Below, in pieces: positions 12,871 to 26,280 of a DNA stretch of 64,000 nt. This DNA is from Eledone cirrhosa (taxonomy: Eukaryota), in assembly GCA_964016885.1 (NCBI GenBank), contig OZ024742.1:111538001-111602000 (forward strand). Reading direction: 5' to 3'. The translations under genes were made by a program, and so were the position numbers. A model generated the notes under the pieces. The model searched no databases. It had not been told where the DNA came from and was given only the letters and a program-made list of their open reading frames with translations. Position 1 is the first letter of the stretch. Each line of letters begins with the position of its first letter.

Positions 12871-13799
12871 ACTCTTGTTTTCACAGCTGAGTGAGTATCA
12901 TAGTTTAAATGTTTATCCTCATTAAAAGATCACATGATGTTGTGTGACATAGATAATGTATTATATATTCTTTATGATGCTGGAGTTATATTTAGTCGCC
13001 ATTATATCTGGAAACATACATTTGTAGAATTATATCTTGACTAAACATACGGCGAATATTTTGTAGTTACACGTTTTTTTTTTAACAGGAAATCTACCGT
13101 TTTATTTTTATTGAGGTACACTGGTTCGTATATATATTACATTTTAAACGTAAACTTAATCCCTCTATAAATTATATTTCATGATTTCTATCAATTTCAA
13201 TCACATAAATATAAGGACCCCCTGTACTAAAAAGTTTTGTTTTAGTAAACCAGTATACAGCTCGTCTAGTCCCTCTGTGCTATTTAATATAGCCGTATGA
13301 TAACGAACAGAATTAATGTCATGTATAAATATATCTGATTTAAATGCATATATAATTTGATTTCTATTTATCTAAATACATTATTTTCATTAGAGATATA
13401 TATCCGAAACATTGCAATTTGATCTCATTTATAAATATCTAAAATGTCTTCGTTTCTATATGAAATCATAGTAATGAATCGTAATTGAGATATATATAAA
13501 TAGAGCAAAGATCTATGTTAACAATAGTATGATTTTTTTAAAAATACGAATTACAAATTTCTGTATCCTTATTATTAACATGTATTTACATTTATAATAT
13601 CAACATATAAAATATGTGCATACGATGATTAGCAAGGTGGTGTGATTCGAAAGAAAAAATATGTTATTATATCTAGCAAATGCCCTTAAGATTCAAGTTC
13701 AAATCTAAATGTGCTATACAGTCTACTTTGATCTTCATAAATTAACACAGTTCTTGGCTAACAGTGGAGTTCAATTCATCTACTGTATTCCTTATATAT

Positions 13800-14450
13800 A
13801 GTTCTGTTCGCATACTAACATAAGAGCAAGAATGAAATGTTCATTCTACTGACATGGCTATAAAATTGAGGCTTGTTTCCAAAATTGCAAACGTATCAAA
13901 TGTTATTATTAATATTCGAAAAACCCAGATTACATTTATTGTATTCAGCCATGTAGGCGAAATTTTCTTTTTTATTTGAATTTGGCAAAGCCGGCCATTT
14001 ATCGCTCGTATACAGGAAACTGACTGGCCAGTCAGCTGATATGCAAATCTGGGTGATCAGTGGATCTGCTAATATGAAGATCTGATTGATCAGCCAGTCT
14101 GCTAATATGCAAATCAGGCCGATCAGTCACTTTATTTTTGAAAATAGCATATATTTTCACTAGCTCTGAGAGTTTGGCAGGTGAAGAGTGAGCAGTACTG
14201 ATGAACGGTGATACCCAGAAAAATTAGTGTCTGCAGTTCTGTTCGCATGCCAACACACGAGCAAGAATGTAGTGTTCATTCTATTGACATGGCTATAACA
14301 TAGAGGCTTGTTTGCAAAATTACAAACAAATCGAATGTTATTATTAATAAATAAAGTACCAGTAATGCACTTGATAATTGCTGGCCTTGTGCCTAAAGTA
14401 GGAACAATTATTAATATTCGAAAAACTCAGATTACATTTATTGTATTCAA
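13800..14450 (+). repeat. Dispersed ~150 bp direct repeat (13800-13950 / 14236-14450); partial inverted copy near 55925-55985
   Basis: gttctgttcgcat...ttaatattcgaaaaac.cagattacatttattgtattca occurs in both. The second copy carries a SINE 3' fragment (14350-14406) with the target duplication attattaata. Confidence 0.8.
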
Positions 14451-14520
14451 ACGATCTAAAACAGTTAATGTCAGTAGTTTATCCCTGCTAAAAAGGCATT
14501 TATCAGGGGCGACGGCGTAT

Positions 14521-14893
14521 TCAATTAAATGTAGTCAAGAGGCGGTTTCTTCGTCATAATTGCTTTATTGCATGATGCGATTTCTTCTGGGTTTCATAAA
14601 TCATAGGTGCAGTTATGCAATCACCGGGATATATCGCTAGTCATGTATTAACATGTCATATTATGATGTCACCAGAGATATAAGTCTCTGAATCGCTTAG
14701 CTTACATATATGTCTGCTGCTATCACAAGAGGATGTTAATAGATGTCCAGCGACATATTCCCATGATTGCATGACTGCACCTAATGATTTTTGAGCATTT
14801 GATGATGTCACATTTATAACAATGTAACGGAAATATATATAAAACAATAAAGCAATTATGTTGAAGTAACACCGTCTTAACTAATTTTAATTG
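14521..14893. mobile_element. Degenerate MITE/fold-back element
   Basis: Imperfect long inverted repeat: cataattgctttattg / caataaagcaattatg and aggtgcagttatgcaatca / tgattgcatgactgcacct. Confidence 0.6.
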
Positions 14894-15146
14894 TTATATA
14901 CGTATATACATATACATACATACATATATTAACATACATATATATAATAGGATATAATATAATATGATAAGGCATTCGAGTGTGGATTTAGCTCTCGAAA
15001 TAGCAACAAAAAGTTCAACCGTCGAGCCCCTATTTTTCCTAATAGAATTCCACTCTACCCTCCCAGGTATCGAATACTATGTTGAATTAGAGTCGTACTA
15101 GTTAAGTATATACTTTCAGACTTTCAACCATCTGGCAGGAAGGTAT

Positions 15147-15189
15147 ACGATGCTGACGATAGCTAATAAGCTTGAAACTAGTACATTGT
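15147..15189 (+). ncRNA. Type I hammerhead ribozyme
   Basis: acgatg-CTGACGA-tagct(aata)agctt-GAAA-ctagt-a-cattgt; palindromic stem III ACTAGT, GUA triplet. Confidence 0.85.
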
Positions 15190-15494
15190 TCCTGTGTCAG
15201 TGTTGAAAAAAAAAGGTGACGTGGTTGCCTAAACACTGTACGGCGTAATTCGGGCTGTTTGTTTGTTTACAAAGAAACCGAGTAATATAAATGTTCGGTA
15301 AACCGATACGTGCATATATATATATGTGTGCATGTATGTATATATATACATACATGCACACATATATATATGCACGTATAACAAGGCAACCGATAAAATA
15401 TATAACAGACTTGAAGAAATATCCAGTGAAGATGGTATGAGGTTCCCTTGCTTTTGGCTTCTCGTCATGTATATATATATATATATATATATAT

Positions 15495-15980
15495 CCACGA
15501 AACTCGCGAGCCACGTATGGTCCCTCAAGGACTCGAGTATAGACTACTCCATTCAATGGAAAGCCATCACTAAGTCCAAGCCATACGCAAGGGGCAATCC
15601 GTCGTGTGGACTATGTATTGATGAACGAATACATTTTCTAAAGAGATTACGCAATAGTGATTGGCTAAACACGAGAAATGATTTCTTCACACGTTGTCCA
15701 CACGTCTGGAAACACCTCTTACATAACTACAAACCTCCGGATTGAATTACAACATCATAATTTTCTTATCAACTGGAAATTTTCAGACTTTCACAGTTAT
15801 CTCCCTTACACCTCTCGCACGCAATTTAGTATTGCCTGTGTGAAATGATAATTTCTGCTCATGTGCGTTCGTATGGTTGTCCTTCCTGTTCCGTATAACG
15901 ATGTCCTTTACGAGCTGAGGATCCGCTAAGGTGAAACAATTTTTCTCGGTATGGTGAACTAACTGTTGTGTAACCACTTC
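15495..15980 (+). mobile_element. 5'-truncated PLE: GIY-YIG C-terminus, 3' UTR and degenerate hammerhead (15911-15948)
   Basis: STKLASHVWSLKD..YSIQW...CGLCIDE...LNTRND..CPH; cgag-CTGAGGA-tcc..ggt-GAAA..ctcg; flanked by (TA)n. Confidence 0.85.
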
Positions 15981-16099
15981 TATATATATATATTTATATA
16001 TTCTCTCACAATCATCCAGTATGGTTTCACAGGATATAATATGTTTCTTTAAGAATATAAATTAAATGAATTTTTTATCTGGACCGTTTGACATGTAGG

Positions 16100-16700
16100 T
16101 TTCCGTAACAACGACTGATGCACAACCTAGTTTTTCTTTTTCTGCAGTAGCAAATGATCTTCGCTGGTCCAACATATTGGTTATTAGTGTGATATTTTCA
16201 TTAATAGAGCATATGTATTGTATCCTATTCAGGCCGAGTCGAAGGTTGTTCATATCAATCTTACTTGTTGAACGTTCAGCCTGTTTTGGAAGAAATCTCA
16301 TTGCGTACACGTTTTAGCACCATACATTAGTAAATAGTTTGTGCCTGCTATGAGGTATCTAAATTTTAGGTCTCGATTTAGTTAGGATTTCCATATTATT
16401 GTCAAGAAGTTTAGATGTTTTCAACGTATGCGTTAGAGAAACTATAATATTTTCAGTGTGTTGCTTATCTAGGCTCACAGATAAACGAAATCCTTCACCT
16501 CTTTCAACATGTGATCTTTTGAGCTATTGATGTCAACTGGAGTCTGATTGAGGGAGGTAAAATGTTTCATTAGAGCAAGTCTACATGAATATAAATAGAC
16601 ATTTCTTTCGTTATAGAGAATATTGATGGCATGTACTCTGGATGGCTGTAATTGTGATTAAGCTAAAGCGTCGTGAATAATCTTTCATCACCTTTCTAAA
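16100..16700 (-). pseudogene. Highly decayed RTE-type LINE RT remnant
   Basis: Minus-strand translation gives EVKDFVYL*A*IS and IWKS*LNRDLKFR...LMYGAKT. Confidence 0.6.
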
Positions 16701-17519
16701 AACCGTAGCAGTGGAATAGATATGTAAATTTCTATTCGGCAAATTTGTCTAAAGTATTTTGCGAATTTTAATATTTAAAATTCATTTGTGTTCGTTGTGA
16801 AAAGGTACCAACTTTCATACGTTACCTATAAAATATTCCTCTATGTTTGGTAAATGAGAATTAGATTTGGAAACCCTAGACAGTGATGACTGTTAGTATC
16901 GAAACGTGTACATGGCGTTCGACGGATGGGGTCGATAAACAATAAATTAAAACGCCCAAGCGTTTCTTTCACTGCCTAAATAAAAGATAAATGTATGAAT
17001 GATTCTGCTTACTGCGTTTTTACATATGTTTATGAGTTTTCAATGATGAACGACATAGAAAGGCTATTACAAACAGTAGTTCTAAAGTATTATAATTTTC
17101 TTCTAATACTAAATAAATAAACAACAGCAAATAAAATATGTCTGCAATGTATATAGATAAATAATATGATACAATTGAATATAAAAAAAAGAAATCATAC
17201 CGTTTCAAAAACGTATTTAATACGGGTAAAGATAGAAATTAAATATCACTTTTGTTATTATATAATGATGTTAGTATTTTGTCTTTTATAGATTTTCTTT
17301 TATATATTTGTTATTTAATGTGAAAGTATAAAATATCATTTTCGGAACATTAGACGTCTCTACACATCGAATCAAATCAATGTTGATACATGGAAAACTG
17401 TTGTTAATGGAATATTTTATTTAAAAATCTTCTATAGAACAGCTTCGATGTAATCTCACATGAAATAATATTTTGTGTCTATATATATGTCTATATATTT
17501 TGTGTCTATATATATGTCC

Positions 17520-17576
17520 TCACACTCAAATAAATGCATACACATACAAACACACACACACACATCCACACACATC

Positions 17577-17608
<32 letters not shown>

Positions 17609-17660
17609 AATATATACACCCACCCACACCTACACATATATATATATATAAGTATATATT

Positions 17661-17731
<71 letters not shown>

Positions 17732-17832
17732 AATATATGTACATATATATATGTACATATATATATATATATATACATTTATATGTACATATATATATAT
17801 ATATACATATATGTAGGTGTGGGTGTGTGTAG

Positions 17833-17868
<36 letters not shown>

Positions 17869-17883
17869 GTGTGTGTGTGTGTT

Positions 17884-17918
<35 letters not shown>

Positions 17919-17921
17919 TTG

Positions 17922-17953
<32 letters not shown>

Positions 17954-17960
17954 TACGTCA
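17520..17960. repeat. Compound (TA)/(CA)/(TG) microsatellite
   Basis: Direct reading. Confidence 0.95.
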
Positions 17961-18350
17961 ATCGTCAAATCATATGCACGTACATACATACGTATACATA
18001 ATTACAATGTCCGTTTCCACCCATTCAGTAGATTTTTAAATATTGTTGTTACTTTATAGATCTGTTGTAAATTGACATTTTTTATGTATTCAAAGAAGCT
18101 TGTAAATGATATCACTTTTGAAATCGGCATCTCTCTTAATGATTTTATATAATATCTTTTGATACTTTAATTTTCCGTCAGTAACATCGAGTGATATATC
18201 CAATCCCATCAAGATATAGCAATTCACGTGAGGTACATTATCAGCGTCTATTCTTCTTTTATACTTAAGTAACTTAGATAAATGGGAGAAGTTATAGTAT
18301 ATATGTTTATATGGATCGGTTAACTAATGCATATTCCTGTCATTTATTTA

Positions 18351-18430
<80 letters not shown>

Positions 18431-18756
18431 CGTGTGTGTGTGTATGTATGTGTGTGTGAATATGTACATATAGTGTATTATGTGGTGGCATAAAAACTAT
18501 TAGTTAGTCAATGTATCGATATATCATGATCTATCATCTCATTGGAACGATCGTAAAGCAATGAACAATTTAAGGCCTTATCTTCGCCTATTATTCTAGT
18601 GTCATTGTTCTAAACAGTTCAGATTATAGTACATTTCGGGCATATTATTCTGAGTAGCTATATTAGGCCATTGAAATTATATATTTTTACAATCTAAATG
18701 TTATATATCTTCTGGCTTCGACGCTTCAACTCCTCTATATATCCCTCTATCACTTC

Positions 18757-18789
<33 letters not shown>

Positions 18790-18910
18790 AATATATATAT
18801 ATATATGTGTGTGTGTGTGTTTATGAGTGTGTGTGTGTGTGTCTGTGTGTCTGTGCATATGGTTTTGTTCGCCTGTTCGCGTCTGTGCCCGTACTTAATT
18901 TACATTAATA

Positions 18911-19097
18911 TTTGTTTATACTTTAGGCACAAGGCCAGCAAACACCCAGTGCATTACTGGTACTTTATTTTATCGACCCCGTAAGGATGAAAGGCAAAGT
19001 CAACCACGGCAGGATTTGAACTCAGATCGTAAATGGACGTAACAATGCTGGAAAGCATGGCGTCCGACCCTCTACCGATACTGCCAATCCACCGCCA
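18911..19097 (-). mobile_element. Full-length SINE with 16-bp target-site duplication
   Basis: ttaatttacattaata at 18895-18910 and 19098-19113 flanks the SINE. Confidence 0.9.
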
Positions 19098-19950
19098 TTA
19101 ATTTACATTAATAATGTCTTCCGTAGACATATCTACCGAACACACACACAAACATACACATTCACACACAGACACTCACACTCTCAGAAATACATAATGT
19201 GGTGTAATAATTACCATACACGGGGAATTCTTAAAATTTTAAACCTGTGCATAGACAGTGTAATGGAAAATAAAATAAATGGTGTACCTGCTGTCAATTT
19301 CTCGAAAGAGGTAATCTAGAGCGAAAGGAGATTCGACTTTTGTTGCAATCAAGGAACAATTACGCACATATTCTTTGAAAGATACTGTCAGTATAGTAAT
19401 CTTGTATACCTAACTACCTGCCTACATACATGCATATATATATATATATATTAAATTAATAAAATAATGAATAAACAAAGAAACAGTTCCTTATATTAAA
19501 AAAAATTCATCATTTTACGATCGTTTCTAGGATATATATGTGTGTTAGAGTTGGTATGCATATTCTAAAGATCTATGTACAATATTTATACAAACTATCA
19601 GAGGGAATATACATACCTACACATATATATGCTGTCTTCAGAAATAATGATATTTGTTTATTGAAAAAAACAAAGATTCAATAAGATGGGTCTGTTTGGG
19701 GACAGGTTTTGAATTGACCAATAGAGAGATAGTGAGGGTCAAGATAGTAATATAGTAGTATCATTTCCTAAAATTGATACCATTAAGTAAACATATATAA
19801 TGCTTTAACTTCAGGTTATGACTCTATGTTCCTTGAAAACTATATATATTTATTATTTCTCACTAATAAATTTAATCCCCCCCCCCAATAATTATATGTG
19901 TATGTAAGTGTGTATGTGTGTATATATATATATGTATATATATATACGCA

Positions 19951-20043
<93 letters not shown>

Positions 20044-20213
20044 TGTTATACTTTGGGAGGGTCATGTTGCCAATAAGAAACACACGCACCAGTTGCTTTC
20101 ACTTCAATTTATTGTGTATTTATAAATTTATAAATTTACAAATTTACAAACCTATAAATTTATAAATTTCTGGTTGGTTGGTTGGTTCCACAACCAGATA
20201 GTTGTTTATATAT

Positions 20214-20258
20214 AGTCATAGTCCTTTCGTCACACACTCTGTGACCTCTTCAGTGACT
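20214..20258 (-). ncRNA. Type I hammerhead ribozyme
   Basis: agtca-CTGAAGA-g gtcac(agagtgt)gtgac-GAAA-ggact-a-tgact. Confidence 0.75.
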
Positions 20259-20276
20259 GGGGATTCCTTTCTTCGT

Positions 20277-20342
20277 TTCTGTGCCTTTCCTTTCTTCTAT
20301 CCTACGCCATGGCGTAGGATAGAAGAAAGGAAAGGCACAGAA
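20277..20342. repeat. Perfect 66-bp palindrome without spacer
   Basis: ttctgtgcctttcctttcttctatcctacgcca|tggcgtaggatagaagaaaggaaaggcacagaa. Confidence 0.97.
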
Positions 20343-20900
20343 TTTAATTGATTGGTATATTTATCAATATAAATATACCCATCAATTAAATTAATTTATA
20401 TTCTTTTCATAGATGTATTTTTTTCACTAACATTCTTATCTTAAAACTCTGGTCACCTTAGATATTTGTATTGGCATTACTATTTTATAACAGCAACTGC
20501 TTGTATACCTTTTACTGACCACCTGACCTATTTTCACCCCTAAAATAAGCTTCAATTCCTACTATTTTACCATTTGGCCAATTATTAACTTTCTATTGGT
20601 TAATTCTAAACCTCTTACCAAACAGACAGAATATATTAGATCTTTGTTGGTTTTATTCAATGAAGAAATAAAATTATTTCTGAGGTCAGCATGAGACCTA
20701 TTTCTTCCCTAAAATAATCCTTCATTCATAATATTCTTTTCTATCCAAAACTGAAATCTACCTTCCTCTACCCATAATTTAAGGTTCTTCTACTACTATA
20801 TTACTATCTTGACCCTCACTATCTCTCTATTGGTCAATTCAAAACCTGTTTCCAAACAGACCCATTGTATTGAATCTTTGTTTTTTTCAATAAACAAATA

Positions 20901-21044
20901 TCATTATTTCTGAAGACAGCATATATATGTGTAGGTATGTATATTCCCTCTGATAGTTTGTATAAATAATGTACATAGATCTTTAGAATATGCATACCAA
21001 CTCTAACACACATATATATCCTAGAAACGATCGTAAAATGATGA
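20901..21044 (+). ncRNA. Type I hammerhead with 107-nt stem II (inverted twin at 19507-19650)
   Basis: tcattattt-CTGAAGA-[long hairpin]-GAAA-cgatcgt-a-aaatgatga. Confidence 0.75.
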
Positions 21045-21233
21045 ATTTTTTTTAATATAAGGAACTGTTTCTTTGTTTATTAATTATTTTATTAATTTAT
21101 CTTGACTCTGTTTTTCCGTTTATTTTTCACCGAAAGTAGTTTTTGACTGCATCTTCTCTTTTCATGATATCCGGATTACATTGAGTTCTTCATACGGATT
21201 GGACACTACCATAAACTTTTGGTAGATTTATTT

Positions 21234-21300
<67 letters not shown>

Positions 21301-21487
21301 TATATATATGTGTATATATATATATATGTGTGCCTGTGTGTATGTGTGTGTTTATACACATATATATGAATCAACGATTGTCCCCCCTGCTTCTGCCAAA
21401 CACCGCTTCGTTGCGTTGGCTGCCATTGTTATTCATAGCTGTGGCTTTCTAAATGTTTATTTATAAAAATCCGTTTTTCTTTAGAGA

Positions 21488-21531
21488 TACGAAATACGAA
21501 ATACGAAATACGAAATACTAAATACGAAATA
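21488..21531. repeat. (CGAAATA)n heptamer tandem repeat
   Basis: About 6 units, read directly. Confidence 0.9.
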
Positions 21532-22318
21532 TATATTTGCATACAGCTATTTTCGAGGCTAAATTCTAATTCTCTCCCTCTCTCTGTATATAAATATATA
21601 TATACAAATTTAGGAAGGAAGAAGGAACTGATTAATATTGCAAAATTAACAACCATCAAAATTAGCCACAAACACATATAGAGACAAGACTGTAGGGGAT
21701 ACAACATTTTAAGATGATCGGGATAAGAAATCTGTTGTCAACGGTTATCGATAAACACATACACCCCAGCTCCAAACCATGCCGATGTTAACGCTAGTAC
21801 CTTCGAAATCAAAGTGCCTTATATTAAAAATAAAAAACTTTTCTGAAGTATTTATATGTGGTTAAGGGTGAATTTAATACGGCTAAAGCACTAGGTGTAT
21901 TTGAAGATGATGCCAACAGCATTTGGGCAATGCTCTATCGTTTTTGTGATTGACGTTTGAGGTGCTTCAATTTTCCTAATAATATTTTGTGTAGCGAGAC
22001 CACACCGGTGAACGTTATTAAAGGTTGGGGTCGCACAATAGTAAAGAAGAGAGAAAATAATGTTGTGGATTTCACTCGACGGGAAAGTTCCGTGAATTCA
22101 GGAACAAAACCTGCTGGTCATGTCGATTTTAGTGCTTATATGAGTACCTCAACTTATGTGGTTACTAACTCGCATTTCTGATGTTGCTGGATGCAATGAG
22201 GGCTTCAATACACACACACACTCACACACAGAGAGAAACACAGGCAAGTACACACACACACACACGCACACACACACACATACACACGCACACACATACA
22301 TGCGCACACACAGACACA

Positions 22319-22355
<37 letters not shown>

Positions 22356-22600
22356 GTATTGTTATATATGAAGATATGCTGTGCGTTTATTTAAAAACAT
22401 TTTCAAGGCATTTCGCTGCTAACTCACATACCTAGGTTCAGGAAAAACAAAGAGAAATAACCGACGGTCATTATTCACTTTTTAGTACTTCGCCTTTGCT
22501 GTCAGCTATAGAAAATGGATTCTTAAAGAATACCTATTATGATTATACTCATTTGCATACCGAGCGATAAGAGTGCGTTCAACAGACTAGCAGAGGTATA

Positions 22601-22641
22601 CAGTCCTGATGAAGGGCAATCACCCAGAAACATGTTGATTG
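22601..22641 (+). ncRNA. Type I hammerhead ribozyme
   Basis: cagtc-CTGATGA-aggg(caatca)ccca-GAAA-catgt-t-gattg; flanks resemble the 15147 family. Confidence 0.75.
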
Positions 22642-22808
22642 TTCCTCAAAGCCAGTGTTGACCAAACATGTGACGATCGGTCACCGGCATGGCAGCTTCA
22701 AATCGAGCCGTTTGTTTGCAAACGAATTGAACATTATTATTAATAACCCATACATACATTTATGTACCAGCTGTTCTAGGGCGAGAAATAAAATTCAAAT
22801 TTTATTTT

Positions 22809-22852
<44 letters not shown>

Positions 22853-23133
22853 ACATTAAAGTCGGCATAATTGATACTAAAATGTCTACAATACGTCTGA
22901 ACAGGAAATCGTATATGATTCTCTAAAATGTTGAAATACATTCTAGATAAACCGATAAATAAAAAGTGCTTTGATAGATATTTTTATATTATTTTCTCGA
23001 TCGGAACGCAGTTATATTATAAAGAGTTTTAAAGCTCTGATAATTCATGTGTAAACATATTTACAATTGATATAAATAAAATGTATTCATCTAAAAGCAT
23101 AGATGCCGTACAATCGAGTACAACAAAAGCAAG

Positions 23134-23233
<100 letters not shown>

Positions 23234-23375
23234 TAGAGAGAGAATATGTGTGTGGGGGGTATGTATGTGACCACGTGTGATTGTGTGCGAATCTATATAT
23301 GTATATGTATGTATGTATGTGTATTTGTACATGTACACCCACACATACACACACACCCACACAGACACACCACAT

Positions 23376-23410
<35 letters not shown>

Positions 23411-23723
23411 CTCTTTTACCTGTTTCCGCCATCCGGCTGAAGCCATATATATATATATATACGTAAACTCACACATGCATATCTACATATGTATCGTATG
23501 TGATTTCACATCCACCAACATGAATAAGAAGCGATTGTACAAGTAACTAAAGTACATACAGAAAACTTGACATTTACTAAAGTTTCGATAAACCTCTTAC
23601 GTGTATATGTATATATATATCAATGCATAAATGTGGATGGGTGTGTTTTTGTATGCATATATAGATATCTACATATATATGCAAAAGTTCTATTTAAATT
23701 GTTGGGATACAACAAGCAAATAT

Positions 23724-23905
23724 TTGGCAGTATCGGTAGAGGGTCGGACGCCATTCTTTCCAGCATAGTTACCTCCCTTTACGATCTGAGTTCAAATCCC
23801 GCCGAGGTTGACTTTGCCTTTCATCCTTACGGGGTCGATAAAATAAAGTACCAGTAATGCACTGGGTATTTGCTGGCCTTGTGCCTAAAGTAGAAACAAT
23901 TATTA
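23724..23905 (+). mobile_element. SINE copy
   Basis: Same core and tail as 10388. Confidence 0.85.
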
Positions 23906-25006
23906 TAACTGATATAAAGCACTCGACAAATATTTGGAGTAGATATACAATATTAATAAATGGAAACTATATTTATAAAACCATATTTATTTTATTATAT
24001 ATATTTCAAGGATACCAAGTTAAATCATGGTATGCCTTCATCAGACAAAATACAATATATAACAGTTTTACAAATAGATATTGACGTACCCTTTCAAAAA
24101 GGTGACCGTTGTTTTTGGAGGCCATCCGGATAGTGGTTTGTTTACTTTAGTAAGTCATAGTGTTAAGAGTAAGTAAAAAGATGGAGAGAGAGAGAGAAAC
24201 GTGGAGAAACGTGGAGAAAAGAAAGGGAAAGATAGATAAAGAAAAAAGAAATCACTTATGCTTTGTATGTATACATTATGTGTGGGAGTAGATATAGTGT
24301 GTATTTTCTGAGTGAGTGAGTATATATATATATTTATCCACCTTTGCCTATGTGTATGTGATATACGATAGATAATCTCTCTAGCAATATATATATTTTA
24401 TAATGTTTAAATTCCAATTTTTAATATATTGATCTCAATTTTTAAACTAAATATATAATCATAATTAAACAATGTGTACTTTCTTATATTATATATCTAT
24501 ATTCCATTCACGAATATTAATATTTCTAATTTTATTTATTCATTTCATCTCAATTGTTAACTCAACTTAATGTGACATAACTTAAGGTTTTCGTTCTCTT
24601 CCCCCTCTCTCTATCTCTACATATCTCTCTCTTGAGTTCTTTCTCTGTCTGATGTTTTGATATCTCCCCGTTATTTTTCCTCTGTTCTCTTTTCTTTTTG
24701 CTTTCTTCTTTTTTCTTTATTATCTTTCTCTTTCTTTTCTCCACATTTCTCCACGTTTCTCTCTCTCTCTCTCCATCTTCTTACTTACTCTTAACACTAT
24801 GACTTACTAAAGTAAACAAACCACTATCCGGATGGCCTCCAAAAACAACGGTCACCTTTTTTGAAAGGGTACGTCAATATCTATTTGTAAAACTGTTATA
24901 TATTGTATTTTGTCTGATGAAGGCATACCATGATTTAACTTGGTATCCTTGAAATATATATAATGAAATCAATATGCTTTTATAAATATAGTTTCCATTT
25001 ATTAAT

Positions 25007-25012
<6 letters not shown>
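23906..25012 (-). mobile_element. Non-coding fold-back element with a hammerhead in each arm (23989-24051 minus; 24907-24969 plus)
   Basis: Inverted arms ~23946-24250 / 24705-25012; attttgt-CTGATGA-aggcatacca..tggtatcctt-GAAA-tatatat-a-atgaaat; right end joins (TA)n. Confidence 0.8.
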
Positions 25013-25054
<42 letters not shown>

Positions 25055-25171
25055 AACTCACCTTTTGAAAAGCAGAAGAACTGCGAAACCGGTAAAGGAA
25101 CCAAATAAATATATATATTTATTATAAAATAACAGGAGGCTGGACTGGTGTAATTCCTTAAAATGTTTATT

Positions 25172-25229
25172 ATACTATGATCATTTCAATGACTGGATTC
25201 AGTATGAATTCGGTGACATCATCAGGTAT
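25172..25229 (-). ncRNA. Type I hammerhead ribozyme (imperfect stem II)
   Basis: atac-CTGATGA-...-GAAA-tgatcat-a-gtat; palindromic stem III. Confidence 0.65.
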
Positions 25230-25689
25230 TCGAAATATAACAAAGGAATATAATAGACAAAATCCATGGGGCTGAAAATCAGAGACATGAGGGCGACCGA
25301 ACATTCAGCAGCTTCTACCCCGGTCGCCCACCCTCAAGTGGTGATTATTAAGCCTATTTATGTCCATCTGGTGAAAGGGCGTAGGCTTTTAGTGTACTAC
25401 TACGATGCCGTCAAAGACAGCGGCCAGCGTTGAATTCAGGTCACAATCAAGCTGGTCATGAGTGCCAGAAAGTGCCGCGAAAAGTATCAAAGAACATATA
25501 TCTTTAACAAATCTATATATAGTAATATATAGTGGGGGTCTTCATGGTATAATGTATGGACAGAAATATATATATATGAAATAGTATTCGTAAATCTGTA
25601 GGTGCATGTCCGCTATTCCACGAAAAAAAGACAATCGTATTATTTGCCTAGGAGGCATTAGAGAGAAGACATACACTCTGTGGTGTCAG

Positions 25690-25741
25690 TACATCAGGCT
25701 AAATGTCATGTTGACACCTATACGAGCATATATATAATAAA

Positions 25742-25808
<67 letters not shown>

Positions 25809-25849
25809 TATGTGTACGTACATACATATATGTATACAGACGTACAGTA

Positions 25850-25894
<45 letters not shown>

Positions 25895-26184
25895 CATGCA
25901 CACATATATATATGTACGTATCGATTCACCGAACATTTATTATAATGCTCGGTGTGTTTGTAAACAAACATCCCGAATTAAGCCGTACAGTGTCTAGCAA
26001 CCATTGTTGCTCATTTGTTCAACACTGACAAAGGAACGCTGTACTAGTTTCAAGCTTATTAGCTATCGTCAGCAACGTATACCTTCCTGCCAGATCGTTA
26101 AACGTCTGAAAGTATATACTTTCCTTACACCGAGCATTATAATAAACGTTCGGTGAATCCATACGTACATATATATATGTGTGC

Positions 26185-26233
<49 letters not shown>

Positions 26234-26280
26234 CTACTGTACGTCTGTATACATATATGTATGTACGTATACATACTTAT
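25690..26280 (-). mobile_element. Hammerhead-bearing repeat of the 15110-15380 family with an inverted duplication
   Basis: Hammerhead at 26036-26078 on minus (acgttg-CTGACGA..GAAA-ctagt-a-cagcgt); inverted repeat ~25803-25955 / 26128-26280. Confidence 0.75.

Larger units (their letters stand above)
19452..21232 (+). mobile_element. Non-coding PLE-derived fold-back element
   Basis: Inverted arms 19452-19760 / 20791-21099 plus a tail at 21100-21232. (TA)n on both sides. Same family as the 39460-48046 termini. Confidence 0.85.

Noticed and set aside
14194-14230. CTGATGA-acggt..accca-GAAA
   Set aside because: Stems I and III do not close
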